From an uncultured Planctomycetota bacterium (GTDB taxonomy: Bacteria; Planctomycetota; Planctomycetia; Gemmatales; Gemmataceae): a stretch of DNA of 64,000 nucleotides. Of the stretch, positions 44,049 to 53,805 are shown in pieces. The first letter of the stretch is position 1. The number at the start of each line of letters is the position of its first letter. Under the pieces are notes generated by a model. The model was not told the origin of the DNA, did not search any database, and was given only the letters and a program-made list of their open reading frames with translations. The position numbers and the translations under genes were made by a program. The stretch covers positions 576,001 through 640,000 of the forward strand of contig CAWKHF010000002.1 of NCBI GenBank assembly GCA_963849325.1, read 5' to 3'.

Positions 44049-46571
44049 TTACAGATGCAGGGCCGTCAGCACCGCCGGCAGAACGAAGGGGTTGAACGCG
44101 CTGACGATGTCGATGAGGAACGACTGTCCGCTGCTGCCCGCGAGATAGGCCAGCAGTTGCCCGTTGGAAAACGCCGCCAACGGCAGCGTCACCGCGGTGT
44201 TGATGAACAGCGGGTTGCCGCCGCCCATGATGGCCACCGCGTACACCGCTCCCGTGGTGTCCACCTCGAACAGGTCGATGCCGGTCGGACCGAAGCCGAA
44301 GGCGAAGACGGTCAAGGCGCCTGTCGGTGTCGTCGGCGTGGGTGTCGGCGTCGGTGTCGGCGTCGGCGTGACGACGGTCGCGTTGCCGCTGGCCGTCACC
44401 GTGGTCGGATTGGTGTCCGGGCTTTTCACCGTGGCGGTGACGGTCTGCTGTCCCAGGGCGGAGCCGGTGACGGTGACGGTGAAGGTCGCGTTCTGGCCGG
44501 CCGCCAGGGCGCCGAGGGTCGCCGTCAGCATGGTCGTGGTGGTCCCGCCGGACGTCAGCGACACGCTGACGGTCGAATTGTCGGCGGGCAGGGCGTTGCC
44601 GCTGACGTTGGTGACCGTGATGAGGAAGTTGTCGGTGCCGCCCAGGGGCAGCGTCGGCGTCGCCGGTGTCACCGTGACGTTGAGGGTCACGTTCTCGAAC
44701 TCGAAGGCGCCGATGCTCGGCGTCGTCAGACGCGGGAAGCCACGCTCGTCGGTAGTGACCTTGGCGTTGGCCAATCCCTTGCCGATGGCCGGACTGCCGG
44801 GCAGAAGGGCCTCGGTCTGCAGGGTCAAAGAGTGGCCGGTGGAGCCGATGAGCGGCCCGCCGTTGTTGGTCAGGCCCGTCACCAGCGGATTGAGCGGGTT
44901 GGCGACCGTGCCCAGCAGAGTGCTGGTAGTGAAGACGCCGGCGTCGCCGCTGCCGGCGCCGCTGACGCCGATCAGATTGCCGCCCAGATCGACGCCGGCG
45001 AGCTTGGCGCCGGTGAAATCGACATCGGGTCCGGCGGTACTGGCGATGTTGCGAGCGAGAATGGTGTTCTGGATGGTCAGGCCGGTGGTGCCGGCGAAGA
45101 ACAGGCCGCCGCCGTTGGTGGCGAAGTTGTTGGTGATGGTGTCGCTGATCAGGGCCACGGTGCCGGTTGCGGCGTCGTCGATGCCGCCGCCGTTATTGCC
45201 GCCGGCGTTGTTGAGGGCGGTGTTGCCGGCGATGGTGGAGTTGGTGATGGTGGAGGCCGCGGTGGTCTGCAACTCGATGCCGCCGCCGTTGATGGTGGCG
45301 GTATTGTCGGCGATGGTGCTGTTGGTCAGCGTCAGGGCGCCGCCGTTGATGAACAGGCCGCCGCCGCTGCCCTCGACGGTGTTGGGCTTGCCACCGCCGG
45401 TGGTGCCGATGGGCATGGCGCCGTTGACGCCGGCGGCGTTGCCCTGGATCTGGCTGTTGTTGATGGTCGTGTTCGGGCCGCCCTCCTGGATGCCGCCGCC
45501 GTTAGTGCCGGCGGAGTTGCCGAGGAAGAAACTGTTCGTGACGGTCAGGGCCCCGGTGTTGCCCTGGTCGGCGAAGCCGCCGCCGAAGCCGGTCGTCGAG
45601 TTGCCCTGCAGGGTGCTGTTGCTGATGGTGACGGCGCCGTTGCCGGCGTTGCCGATGCCGCCACCGAGCATGCCCGCCGCGTTGTTGGCGATATAGGCAT
45701 TGGTCACGGTGAGGGTGGCCGACCCGCCGGCGACGCCGTCCAGCCAGACGCCGGCGCCCTGGTTGAGGCAGGTATTGTCGATGATCACGGTGCCGGCGTT
45801 GATGAAGACCTTGCCCGTTCCGTCCGTCTCGACACCGCCGCCGGCGTCGCCGGCGTGGTTGCCGCTGACCGTGGTGTTGTTGAGGGTCAGCGCCCACTTC
45901 GTGCTGGCCACGTTCTCCATCGACACACCGCCGCCGTCGGCGCTGGCCGAGTTGTTGCTGAGGATGTCATTGGTGAGGGTCAGGTCCACCGGCCCCTGGT
46001 CGCGGATGCCGCCGCCGCTGCCCGGCGCCGCGTCGCCCGGCTGCGCCAGGCCGTTGATGATACTCACGCCGCTGATGGTCACGGCGCCCAGGACGACGTT
46101 GTTCGCCGGGATGGCGTCGCCGGCGTTGATGTCGAAGACGCGCGACAGGTTGTTGCCGTCAATGACGGCGCTGCCGCCGCTGGTGTTCTCGATGGTCAGG
46201 CTCAGGCCCGTCGTCGCGGGGTTGACGTTGTTGAAAATCGAGAACTCGCCGGCCTGGTTATCAGTCTCGCCCGGCGTTCCCGCTAGGGCGATCTGGTAGT
46301 TGCCGGCGACGGTCAGATTGATGGTGTTCGTCAGATTGCCGTTGGCGACGTTCTGGTTGACCATCTGGATGGCCTCGCGCAGAGTGATCTGCCCGGGGGC
46401 CAACTGATTGAGCGGCACGTCCGCGAGACTGTTGACGTCAATGACCGCCGGCACGATCCGGTCTTCCAGCGCCTCCAGCTGAGGCCGCGCATGGGACCGA
46501 TTGCGGTTGACGCTGTTGCGCCGCGACTGACGATCCTGGCGAAGGAACCACCGACCCAGAGAGCGCATCAT
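44049..46571 (-). CDS. large extracellular beta-helix (GGGI-repeat, choice-of-anchor-Q-like) protein with planctomycete LExLEDR N-terminal motif
   Basis: RPQLEALEDRIVP, many N.A...GGGI repeats, NGGP..T..LLPGSPAI, DERGFPR...IGAFE, PT linker. Confidence 0.85.
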   Translation of the reverse strand: MMRSLGRWFLRQDRQSRRNSVNRNRSHARPQLEALEDRIVPAVIDVNSLADVPLNQLAPGQITLREAIQMVNQNVANGNLTNTINLTVAGNYQIALAGTPGETDNQAGEFSIFNNVNPATTGLSLTIENTSGGSAVIDGNNLSRVFDINAGDAIPANNVVLGAVTISGVSIINGLAQPGDAAPGSGGGIRDQGPVDLTLTNDILSNNSASADGGGVSMENVASTKWALTLNNTTVSGNHAGDAGGGVETDGTGKVFINAGTVIIDNTCLNQGAGVWLDGVAGGSATLTVTNAYIANNAAGMLGGGIGNAGNGAVTISNSTLQGNSTTGFGGGFADQGNTGALTVTNSFFLGNSAGTNGGGIQEGGPNTTINNSQIQGNAAGVNGAMPIGTTGGGKPNTVEGSGGGLFINGGALTLTNSTIADNTATINGGGIELQTTAASTITNSTIAGNTALNNAGGNNGGGIDDAATGTVALISDTITNNFATNGGGLFFAGTTGLTIQNTILARNIASTAGPDVDFTGAKLAGVDLGGNLIGVSGAGSGDAGVFTTSTLLGTVANPLNPLVTGLTNNGGPLIGSTGHSLTLQTEALLPGSPAIGKGLANAKVTTDERGFPRLTTPSIGAFEFENVTLNVTVTPATPTLPLGGTDNFLITVTNVSGNALPADNSTVSVSLTSGGTTTTMLTATLGALAAGQNATFTVTVTGSALGQQTVTATVKSPDTNPTTVTASGNATVVTPTPTPTPTPTPTTPTGALTVFAFGFGPTGIDLFEVDTTGAVYAVAIMGGGNPLFINTAVTLPLAAFSNGQLLAYLAGSSGQSFLIDIVSAFNPFVLPAVLTALHL

Positions 46572-46829
46572 GGAGAACTCCTGCAAGGGATAGAATGGAC
46601 AACCGCGCGTAGGCCTCTTCTGACGGAGGCACGCGCAGCTGCGGGTACTCGTCGCTCCTCATCCCATTCCATCCGTGCAACCATGACGGTGGAACTTTCC
46701 TTTGGGATGTTTGCGTAAGATAGGCGATATTTGCTGCTTGGGGATTCTAGGAAGTGGTTGAGACAATTGACAGATGGGCTGGCGCTTTTTCCGATCGTTT
46801 CATTCGACTGGGAGAAGAGAAGGCTTCGA

Positions 46830-47054
46830 CTAAGCGCGGCCACTCTCCCGTCCGGTCGGGCGGATCTCCACTCCTCCCGGCGGCGGCTGGGAGACCGCTC
46901 GGACGTTGGGGATGTCCCACAGATACTCGGTCTGTCCCGTTTCCGGGCACTGATACTCGTAGCGCTGCTCGGTGATCAGTTCGCCTTCGGTTAGGAAGAA
47001 GTCGTGGAACTTGCCGCACACTTTGCAAGCCCGGTGCATCAATAAGCAGGCCAT
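46830..47054 (-). CDS. small putative zinc-ribbon protein
   Basis: 74 aa with CKVC..H and YEYQCPETG; GGAG RBS. Confidence 0.55.
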   Translation of the reverse strand: MACLLMHRACKVCGKFHDFFLTEGELITEQRYEYQCPETGQTEYLWDIPNVRAVSQPPPGGVEIRPTGRESGRA

Positions 47055-47100
47055 GTAACTCCCCCTGGGTGCGTGGCGCAGGTTCCCAATACGAGCATTT

Positions 47101-47169
47101 CTTCGTTTAGCCGCGACGCGCAGCGGAGCGCGGCAGACGCGCTCCGCTGCGCGTCGCGGCTAAACGAAG
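47101..47169. repeat. REP-like palindrome family A, copy 3 (contains the stop codon of the adjacent gene)
   Basis: CTTCGTTTAGCCGCGACGCGCAGCGGAGCGCG-gcaga-CGCGCTCCGCTGCGCGTCGCGGCTAAACGAAG. Confidence 0.9.
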
Positions 47170-48389
47170 TCGTCGTTATCTGGTTCCGGATGGTCATCCT
47201 CTTCGGGAAGGATGGCAGCGGCAATGTCCTCGAAGTCCTCGCCGGAGTTCATCGGCAGGGCCAGCAGCAGGGCCGAGAAGCGCTCGGACGTGAAAGGAGA
47301 CCCCATCGCCTCCGGGAGCGATTCGACCTTATGGGGCCGGGCGTCCATGGACTCGGTGGGAGCGCCGCGAAGATCCTGGAAGTGGCCGTCAGAGTCCGGT
47401 GCCTCGACATGGAAGGAGCCATCCTCCCAGGTTGCCCTTTCGAGAAGCCGCAACGGGCGGGCCAGCAGCAACTTGTCGATGGCCGCCTCATTCCCAATGA
47501 GGGACGGATGGGCAGCCGCCGGCGCATCGACTGTGAAGGATGTTTCCTCGGCCGCGGCTTCGCCGTCCGCACGACGCACGGTCTGCACAACGAGCTGCGG
47601 TAGCTCGACCGTTGGACGATCGGCTCGGTCGCCCTGGAGAGCGGCATCCGCATCCGGGTCTGCCTGGTCGTTGTCCTTGGCGGGGGCCATGAGGGCACGG
47701 CGAACCGACGGCATCGCCGACTGTCTGACCGTATCCGCGCCGTCCTCCATCGCTTCCTCATCCATCCCGAGTTCGTACAGCGGTGCCGGTTGTTCGTCCA
47801 AGTCGGGAGTAGCATTCTCCGCCTGTGTGGCACTCTGGCGTCCCCACGGTGCCGGCGCCTGGAAGCCATGGTCGCCAACAGTGGGAAAGGCCGATTGCTG
47901 GTTCGCCAGTCCGAGATTGTAGGCGTTGGGCACCCACGGCTGTCCCGGTTGAGTGCCCGAGCCGAAACCGAGGGCCGTCTGGGTAAACTGCGGCAAATTT
48001 TGGTTGCCCAGCCCGAAGGTGTTCACGGCGGAAGATTCAAACAGCCGGTTGGCCGGATTGCCAAAGCTCAGGGTATTGATGGCCGAGGCACCGAGCAGGA
48101 GACCGAACTGGCCCTCCTGTCCGAAGGGCACAATGCCGGCGGTGCCGAAGGGGTTGACCGCAGCGCTCTGACCCGAGGGCGACACCACCGTCTGCCCGGT
48201 GCTCCCCAGGTTAAAGGTGACGTTCGGATTGTTCACGGGTCCGAGGGGGGTGATCGAGGAGGACACCGAGGGGACCATTCGATCTTCGAGAGATTCCAGA
48301 AACAGTCGCGGCCGCGCCGGTCGGCGGCGAGGCTCCGCGGTTTGGCCGAAAGCGGACCTCAACAGACGGAAGAAGGACGCAGAAGCCAT
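47160..48389 (-). CDS. hypothetical protein with LESLEDR motif, G/N/Q-rich N-terminal half and acidic C-terminal half
   Basis: MASASFF...RPRLFLESLEDRMVPS; GGAG upstream of the ATG. Confidence 0.7.
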   Translation of the reverse strand: MASASFFRLLRSAFGQTAEPRRRPARPRLFLESLEDRMVPSVSSSITPLGPVNNPNVTFNLGSTGQTVVSPSGQSAAVNPFGTAGIVPFGQEGQFGLLLGASAINTLSFGNPANRLFESSAVNTFGLGNQNLPQFTQTALGFGSGTQPGQPWVPNAYNLGLANQQSAFPTVGDHGFQAPAPWGRQSATQAENATPDLDEQPAPLYELGMDEEAMEDGADTVRQSAMPSVRRALMAPAKDNDQADPDADAALQGDRADRPTVELPQLVVQTVRRADGEAAAEETSFTVDAPAAAHPSLIGNEAAIDKLLLARPLRLLERATWEDGSFHVEAPDSDGHFQDLRGAPTESMDARPHKVESLPEAMGSPFTSERFSALLLALPMNSGEDFEDIAAAILPEEDDHPEPDNDDFV

Positions 48390-48470
48390 AATGAGAATCC
48401 TCCCGCAGAGGGCTTTCTTTCCGGGGCCGTTGTCAAGAGTTGGCCACGCGATCGGCCCCAATGAGAGAGA

Positions 48471-48487
48471 TGCAAGGTCCGTGCCAA
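48471..48487 (-). promoter_or_regulatory. sigma54 (-24/-12) promoter
   Basis: Minus strand TTGGCAC-GGACC-TTGCA about 80 bp upstream of the 48389 start. Confidence 0.75.
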
Positions 48488-48595
48488 GGGCAACGCTTAG
48501 TCGGGTACGGGGAAGCCGGTCGTCTCCTCGCTGCGGTGGTTGACGCAGGGCCGACAAGTCCCTCATGACGAATGACTTTTTCTTCCTTTTTCTCC

Positions 48596-48706
48596 TTGAC
48601 AAGTGTGTGAAGTGCGTTAAAACAAATTAAGCTTTCCTTCATAACTCGTGGAAAGCGGATCGTGACTGTTTTCGTTCCTTTTTTCTTTCGCCCGGAGGTC
48701 CGAGTC
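48596..48706 (+). promoter_or_regulatory. conserved promoter/5'-UTR of DUF1559 gene 1
   Basis: TTGACA..GTTAAAACAAA, GCTTTCC..GGAAAGC hairpin, CTTTCGCCCGGAGGT; duplicated at 49995-50105. Confidence 0.7.
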
Positions 48707-49576
48707 ATGGCAAGGTTTATTCTCCGTAAGCGTTGGCGTGGCTTCACGCTGATCGAACTACTGGTGGTCATCGCCATCATCGCCATCCTAATCGGCCTGC
48801 TGCTGCCGGCCGTGCAGAAGGTTCGCATCGCCGCCGCTCGTTCGCAGACCATCAACAACCTCAAGCAGATCGGTCTCGGCTGCCAAAACTTCCACGATAC
48901 CTACACCAAGTTGCCACTCAACGGCGGTCCCACCGGGAATGGATCCTGGCAGACCTGGTGCTGGGCCTTCCAGATCCTGCCCTACATCGAGCAGCAGAAT
49001 ATGTACACCCAGGCGCAGGCGGGGAACTACGTGAACTCCGGAATCAAGACCTACCTCGACCCTGGCCGCAACCACACCCCCACCGCTACCGCTGGAGGCA
49101 ACGGGCCGGGCATAAATGGTCCGCACACCGACTATGCCATCAACATCGTCAGTTTCTCGAACAACACGACGTTTACCGGGGGAGGGCAAACCGCGTCGGT
49201 GTCCATCACCATGTCGTCGATCACCTCGGCCAATGGCACCAGTAACACCGTTCTGGTCGGCGAGAAGGCCATGGACCCGAACAACTACGGCAACACGCAA
49301 AGCGCCAACTGGGACGAGGACATCTACTCGGGTGGCTACGGCGGTACCGGCCGAGGCGCGAACAACACCGGGAATCCCAACCAGCAGGGCAGCTTGATTA
49401 TGAAGGACAACCCCGGCGATAATTTCCCCAACGACTTCGGCTCGCCCTACGACGGCGGCTGCCCGTTTGTCATGTGTGATGGCAGCGTCCGCCTCATCAA
49501 CTACACCAACTCCGGCACCCTCCCCTTCGTGTATGCTCTGAACTACATAAACAACGTGCCGTTCGTCCTGCAGTAA
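48707..49576 (+). CDS. DUF1559 prepilin-type protein
   Basis: [47 protein letters not shown]...GE, DGSVR. Confidence 0.95.
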   Translation: MARFILRKRWRGFTLIELLVVIAIIAILIGLLLPAVQKVRIAAARSQTINNLKQIGLGCQNFHDTYTKLPLNGGPTGNGSWQTWCWAFQILPYIEQQNMYTQAQAGNYVNSGIKTYLDPGRNHTPTATAGGNGPGINGPHTDYAINIVSFSNNTTFTGGGQTASVSITMSSITSANGTSNTVLVGEKAMDPNNYGNTQSANWDEDIYSGGYGGTGRGANNTGNPNQQGSLIMKDNPGDNFPNDFGSPYDGGCPFVMCDGSVRLINYTNSGTLPFVYALNYINNVPFVLQ

Positions 49577-49634
49577 GGATGTCCTTCGTTCCGCGGCGTA
49601 GCCGAACGCCATCGGGACCGTCGGAGAGTTGGAC

Positions 49635-49678
49635 AACGAGCGGAGGACGGTGTTGGCCGTCCTCCGCTCGTTTCTTCT
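49635..49678 (+). terminator. rho-independent terminator
   Basis: AACGAGCGGAGGACGG-tgttgg-CCGTCCTCCGCTCGTT followed by TCTTCT. Confidence 0.65.
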
Positions 49679-49994
49679 CCTCGTGCAAGTTCCAGGGACC
49701 ATCTTTCCGAGCCAGAAGCGTACCAGTCGTTTCAAGCTGCCCCAGTATCCAATCCCTCGGCATCGAGAAGGCTACCGCGGAAGCGGCCGTTGGCGTGGCA
49801 CGTTTTGAAGTGGTCACCCCCGCCGACATCTCCATCCGCCCCTTCGACAGCGCCACGCCAAATCACCTCATGCTGGAGATCAGGGACAGCCGCCTCGGCG
49901 GGATCGACCAGGATCCGGTCGTTCGGCCTTTTTTCGCTGCGAGAGTTGACTCGGGACGGACGAGCCTCGTACAAAAAATCCTCATTTTTTCCCC

Positions 49995-50105
49995 TTGACA
50001 AAGATGAGAAGCATGTTAAAACAAAATGAGTTTTCCTTCAGACTCGGGGAAAGCTAATAGACGACGTTTTTCGTTCCATTTCCCTTTCGCCCGGAGGTGC
50101 GGGTT
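49995..50105 (+). promoter_or_regulatory. conserved promoter/5'-UTR of DUF1559 gene 2
   Basis: Paralogous to 48596-48706. Confidence 0.7.
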
Positions 50106-50963
50106 ATGCGGAGGTACACTCTTCGTAAGCGTTGGCGTGGCTTCACGCTGATCGAACTGCTGGTCGTGATCGCCATTATCGCCATCCTGATCGGCCTGCT
50201 GCTGCCGGCCATCCAGAAGGTTCGCATCGCCGCCGCTCGTTCGCAGACCTTCAACAACCTCAAGCAGATCGCCCTCGGCTGCCAGAACTACCACGACACG
50301 TATGGCACCCTCCCCAACAATGGGGACAACAGCGCGGCTCCCCAGAGTTGGTGCTGGGCGTTCCAGATCCTGCCCTACATCGAGCAGCAGAACCTCTACA
50401 ACCTGATGATGGTCAACCCCAACAACGGGGGCACCCCTCCCCGCGGAATCGGCCTCAAGACCTACCTGGACCCCGGTCGCACCCACACGCCGTTCACCAC
50501 CGGCGGCGGCAACGGCAACGGTACCAATAACCAAAACGGACCCCACACCGACTACGCGATCAACTGGTTTAACTCGGCGAGTAATAGCCGCAACTTCAAG
50601 GTGACGCTGTCGGTAATCACCTCCGCCAACGGCACAAGCAATACCATCCTGGTCGGCGAGAAATCCATGGATCCTCGTAACTATAGCAACACCCAAAGTA
50701 ACAACTGGGATGAGGTCATCTACTCGGGTGGCTATGGCGGCACCGGCCGGGGCAGCTACAGCGCAGGCTCCCAGGGTACCCTAATCCTCAAAGACGCCAT
50801 CGGCGATAATTTCAGTAACGACTGGGGCTCGCCCTACGACGGCGGCTGCCCGTTCGTCATGTACGATGGCAGCGTCCGCCTCATTAACTACGTCAACTCG
50901 GGCAAAGCCGCCTTCGTCGCTGCTCAGAACTACCTGAATAACGCGCCGCTCACCCTCCAGTGA
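50106..50963 (+). CDS. DUF1559 prepilin-type protein (paralog of 48707..49576)
   Basis: Same motifs and a near-identical N-terminus. Confidence 0.95.
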   Translation: MRRYTLRKRWRGFTLIELLVVIAIIAILIGLLLPAIQKVRIAAARSQTFNNLKQIALGCQNYHDTYGTLPNNGDNSAAPQSWCWAFQILPYIEQQNLYNLMMVNPNNGGTPPRGIGLKTYLDPGRTHTPFTTGGGNGNGTNNQNGPHTDYAINWFNSASNSRNFKVTLSVITSANGTSNTILVGEKSMDPRNYSNTQSNNWDEVIYSGGYGGTGRGSYSAGSQGTLILKDAIGDNFSNDWGSPYDGGCPFVMYDGSVRLINYVNSGKAAFVAAQNYLNNAPLTLQ

Positions 50964-50971
50964 GGATCGTA

Positions 50972-51029
50972 ACGAGCCGCGAGCGCCAGCGAGCGGGGTT
51001 GCCTCCGCTCGCTGGCGCTCGCGGCTCGT
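50972..51029. repeat. REP-like palindrome (GAGCCGCGAGCG family)
   Basis: ACGAGCCGCGAGCGCCAGCGAGCGG...CCGCTCGCTGGCGCTCGCGGCTCGT. Confidence 0.85.
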
Positions 51030-51097
51030 ATTCTGCGCAAACTTTCACATTTCATTTGACGTTCCTCCGCGCGATCCAGTAAGGTAAACGTACTGCT

Positions 51098-53648
51098 ATG
51101 CCTCGCCCCCTGCCCTGCCTGCGTCTCAGGCTCCTACCTTTGGTTGTTCCGGAGGCTCCTCCGTGTCTTCTCAACAGGCCTCGCTTCCGCAGGCAGTCGC
51201 TCGCCGTCGTTCTGTTGGCGTCGGTCGCACTGCCCGGCCGTGCCGGCGCCGACTTCCAGGTGGCACCGCCGGCCGTCGCCCTGGACGGCAACTTCGCCCG
51301 CGCTCAACTCGTCGTAACCGAACGCGGGGCCGACGCCGCGGTACACGAACGCTCGTCGGACCTGACGCATCAGGCCCGCTACGTCTCTTCCGATCCGCGC
51401 ATCGTCACCGTCAGTGACGCCGGTGTGCTCCTGGCCCGTGCCGACGGTTCGGCGACCGTGTCCGTCCGCGTCGGGGACGTCGGCCATCCCGTTGCGGTCA
51501 CCGTCAAGGGAGTCGTCGCTCGTCCCGTCCTCGGTTTCCAGGAACACGTCATGCCGGTACTGGCCAAGGCCGGCTGCAACGCCGGAGCGTGTCACGCCAG
51601 CCAGTACGGCAAGGGCGGTTTCAAACTGTCGGTGTTCGGCTTCGCTCCCGAAGACGACTACCGGGCCATCGTCCGCGACAGCATGGGCCGTCGCGCCAGC
51701 ATCCTCGCGCCGGCGTCCAGCCTCCTGCTGCGCAAGCCGACCGGGGCCGTCCCGCACGAGGGAGGCCAGCGGCTGGAAACGGGTTCGGTCGAGTACCGCA
51801 TCGTGGAGCAGTGGCTCGCCCGCGGCGCTCCGCCACCGTCGGCCAAGGCGCCGAAGGTCGCCGCCCTTCGCGTCTGGACCGTCGCGCCGCGTCGGCCCGG
51901 TCGGCTTCACGCAGCAACTGCAAGTCCTGGCGACCTACGACAACGGGTACACGCGCGACGTGACCGCCCTGGCTCGCTTCGACAGCATGGATGAGGGCGT
52001 CCTGAGCGTTTCGCCGTCGGGCCTGGTCCGCACCGTCGGCCGAGGACAGGGCGTCGCGCTGGCCCGCTTCGAGGAGCAGGCGGAAATCGCTACCTTCGTC
52101 GTCCCTTATTCCGAGTCCATTGAGCTGTCCGGCTGGACCGACCGCAACTTCATCGATCGACTCGCCGTCCGCCAAGTTCCGCGAGATCGGCATTTCGCCC
52201 TCGCCGCTGTGCGACGATGCCGCCTTCCTGCGCCGCGCCTACCTCGACGTCACCGGTACGCCTACCGACGCCGGAACAGGCGACGGCCTTCCTCGACAGC
52301 AAGCATCCCGACAAGCGCAACCAGCTCATCGACGCTCTGCTGGGGCTGACGGGCGATCCGGCCCGCGACGTACACAACAACGCTTACGCCGCCTTCTGGG
52401 CCTTGAAATGGGCCGACCTGATTCGCTCCAACAGCGCCTCGATCGGCGAACAGGGCATGTGGGCGCTGCACAACTGGCTGACGGCCTCGTTCCGCGACAA
52501 CAAGCCGTTCGACCGTTTTGTCCGCGAGCTGATCACCGCGCGCGGCTCGACGTTCAGCAACGGCCCGGCCAATTACTACCGCATCGCCAACAACCCGCAG
52601 AACCTCACCGAGGCGACGGCGCAGCTCTTCCTCGGCGTCCGTCTCCAGTGCGCCAAGTGCCACCATCATCCTTACGAAACGCTTGGCCAGGAGGATTACT
52701 ACCGTTTCGCGGCCTTCTTCGCTCGGGTCGGCAACAAGACCAGTCAGGAATTCGGCATCTTCGGACGGGAGACGGTGGTGGTGGTGCGCTCCGGCGGCGA
52801 GGTCGGCCATCCGCGCACCGGCCGGGCGATGCGGCCGGCGCCGCTGCACGGCAAACCCGCCGCCGAGACGCGCGACCGCCGCCAGGCGCTGGCCGACTGG
52901 ATCGACCGCCCCGGACAATCCGTATTTCGCCCGCAACATCGTCAATCGCTACGTCGCCTACCTCCTCGGCCGCGGCCTGGTCGAGCCGATCGACGACATG
53001 CGCGCCACCAATCCGCCCAGCAACGTCGCCCTCATGGACGCCCTCGCCGCCGACTTCATCCAGAGCGGCTACAACGTCAAGCAGCTGATGCGGACGATCC
53101 TGCGCTCGCGCCTGTATCAGCTCGACTCGCAGCCGACGAAGTTCAACGCCTCGGACAGTCGCTTTTTCAGTCATTACAACGTCAAGCGTCTGGCGGCGGA
53201 GCCGCTGCTGGACGCGGTGGACGTGGCGACGGGCGTGCGGACCAAGTTCGACAAGGTGCCGCTGGGCACGCGCGCCATCGAACTGCCCGACGCACGCTAC
53301 AACAATTACTTCCTCAACACGTTCGGCAAGCCGCGCCGCGAAGGCGTCTGCGAATGCGAGCGCGTCTCCGAGCCGAACCTGGCCCAGGCGCTGCACACGC
53401 TCAACGGCGACTTGGTGACGGCCAAGATCACCGACGCCAAGGGCCGCGTCGCGCGGCTGCTGGCCGCGAAAAAGCCGCACGATGACATCGTTAACGAACT
53501 GTACCTCGCCACCCTCAGCCGCCGACCCAGCGCCCACGAACAAGCCGTCTGGCGCGAGCAGCGGGACAAGTCGGCCAACGCCAAGGCGTTCTACGAAGAT
53601 TTGCTGTGGTCGCTGCTCAACTCCAAACACTTCCTCTTCGTCCGCTAG
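51098..53648 (+). CDS. DUF1549/DUF1553 protein with Ig-like domains, frameshifted
   Basis: GCNAGACH, FLRRAYLD..G, LQCAKCHHHP, FARNIVNR, GRGLVEPIDD, RL.AE.LLD, CECER, EDLLWSLLNS..FLF. Confidence 0.9.
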
Positions 53649-53662
53649 GGACAAAGAGAACT

Positions 53663-53805
53663 AACCACAGAGTCACAGAGAACACAGAGAAAAGACAACA
53701 CCGAGGGATAACCATGTTTCCTGAATTAGCGCAACAAGCAGTGCGTCATTCGGCTCTTTTCTCCTGTGTGTCATTTGTCTCTGTGTTCTCTGTGGCTCTG
53801 TGGTT
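53663..53805. repeat. inverted repeat built from tandem CACAGAG units
   Basis: AACCACAGAGTCACAGAGAACACAGAGA ... TCTCTGTGTTCTCTGTGGCTCTGTGGTT (28-bp arms, one mismatch). Confidence 0.85.

Noticed and set aside
44001-46299. Long plus-strand ORFs (761, 510 and 199 aa)
   Set aside because: Antisense shadows of the GC-rich repetitive beta-helix gene; no recognisable motifs
46690-46790. Possible c-di-GMP riboswitch (GCAAA/GGAAA words) upstream of the beta-helix gene
   Set aside because: Could not build the required two-stem structure
49579-50001. Short ORFs between the two DUF1559 genes
   Set aside because: They overlap a terminator and a promoter, lack a clear RBS or motif; no product can be supported
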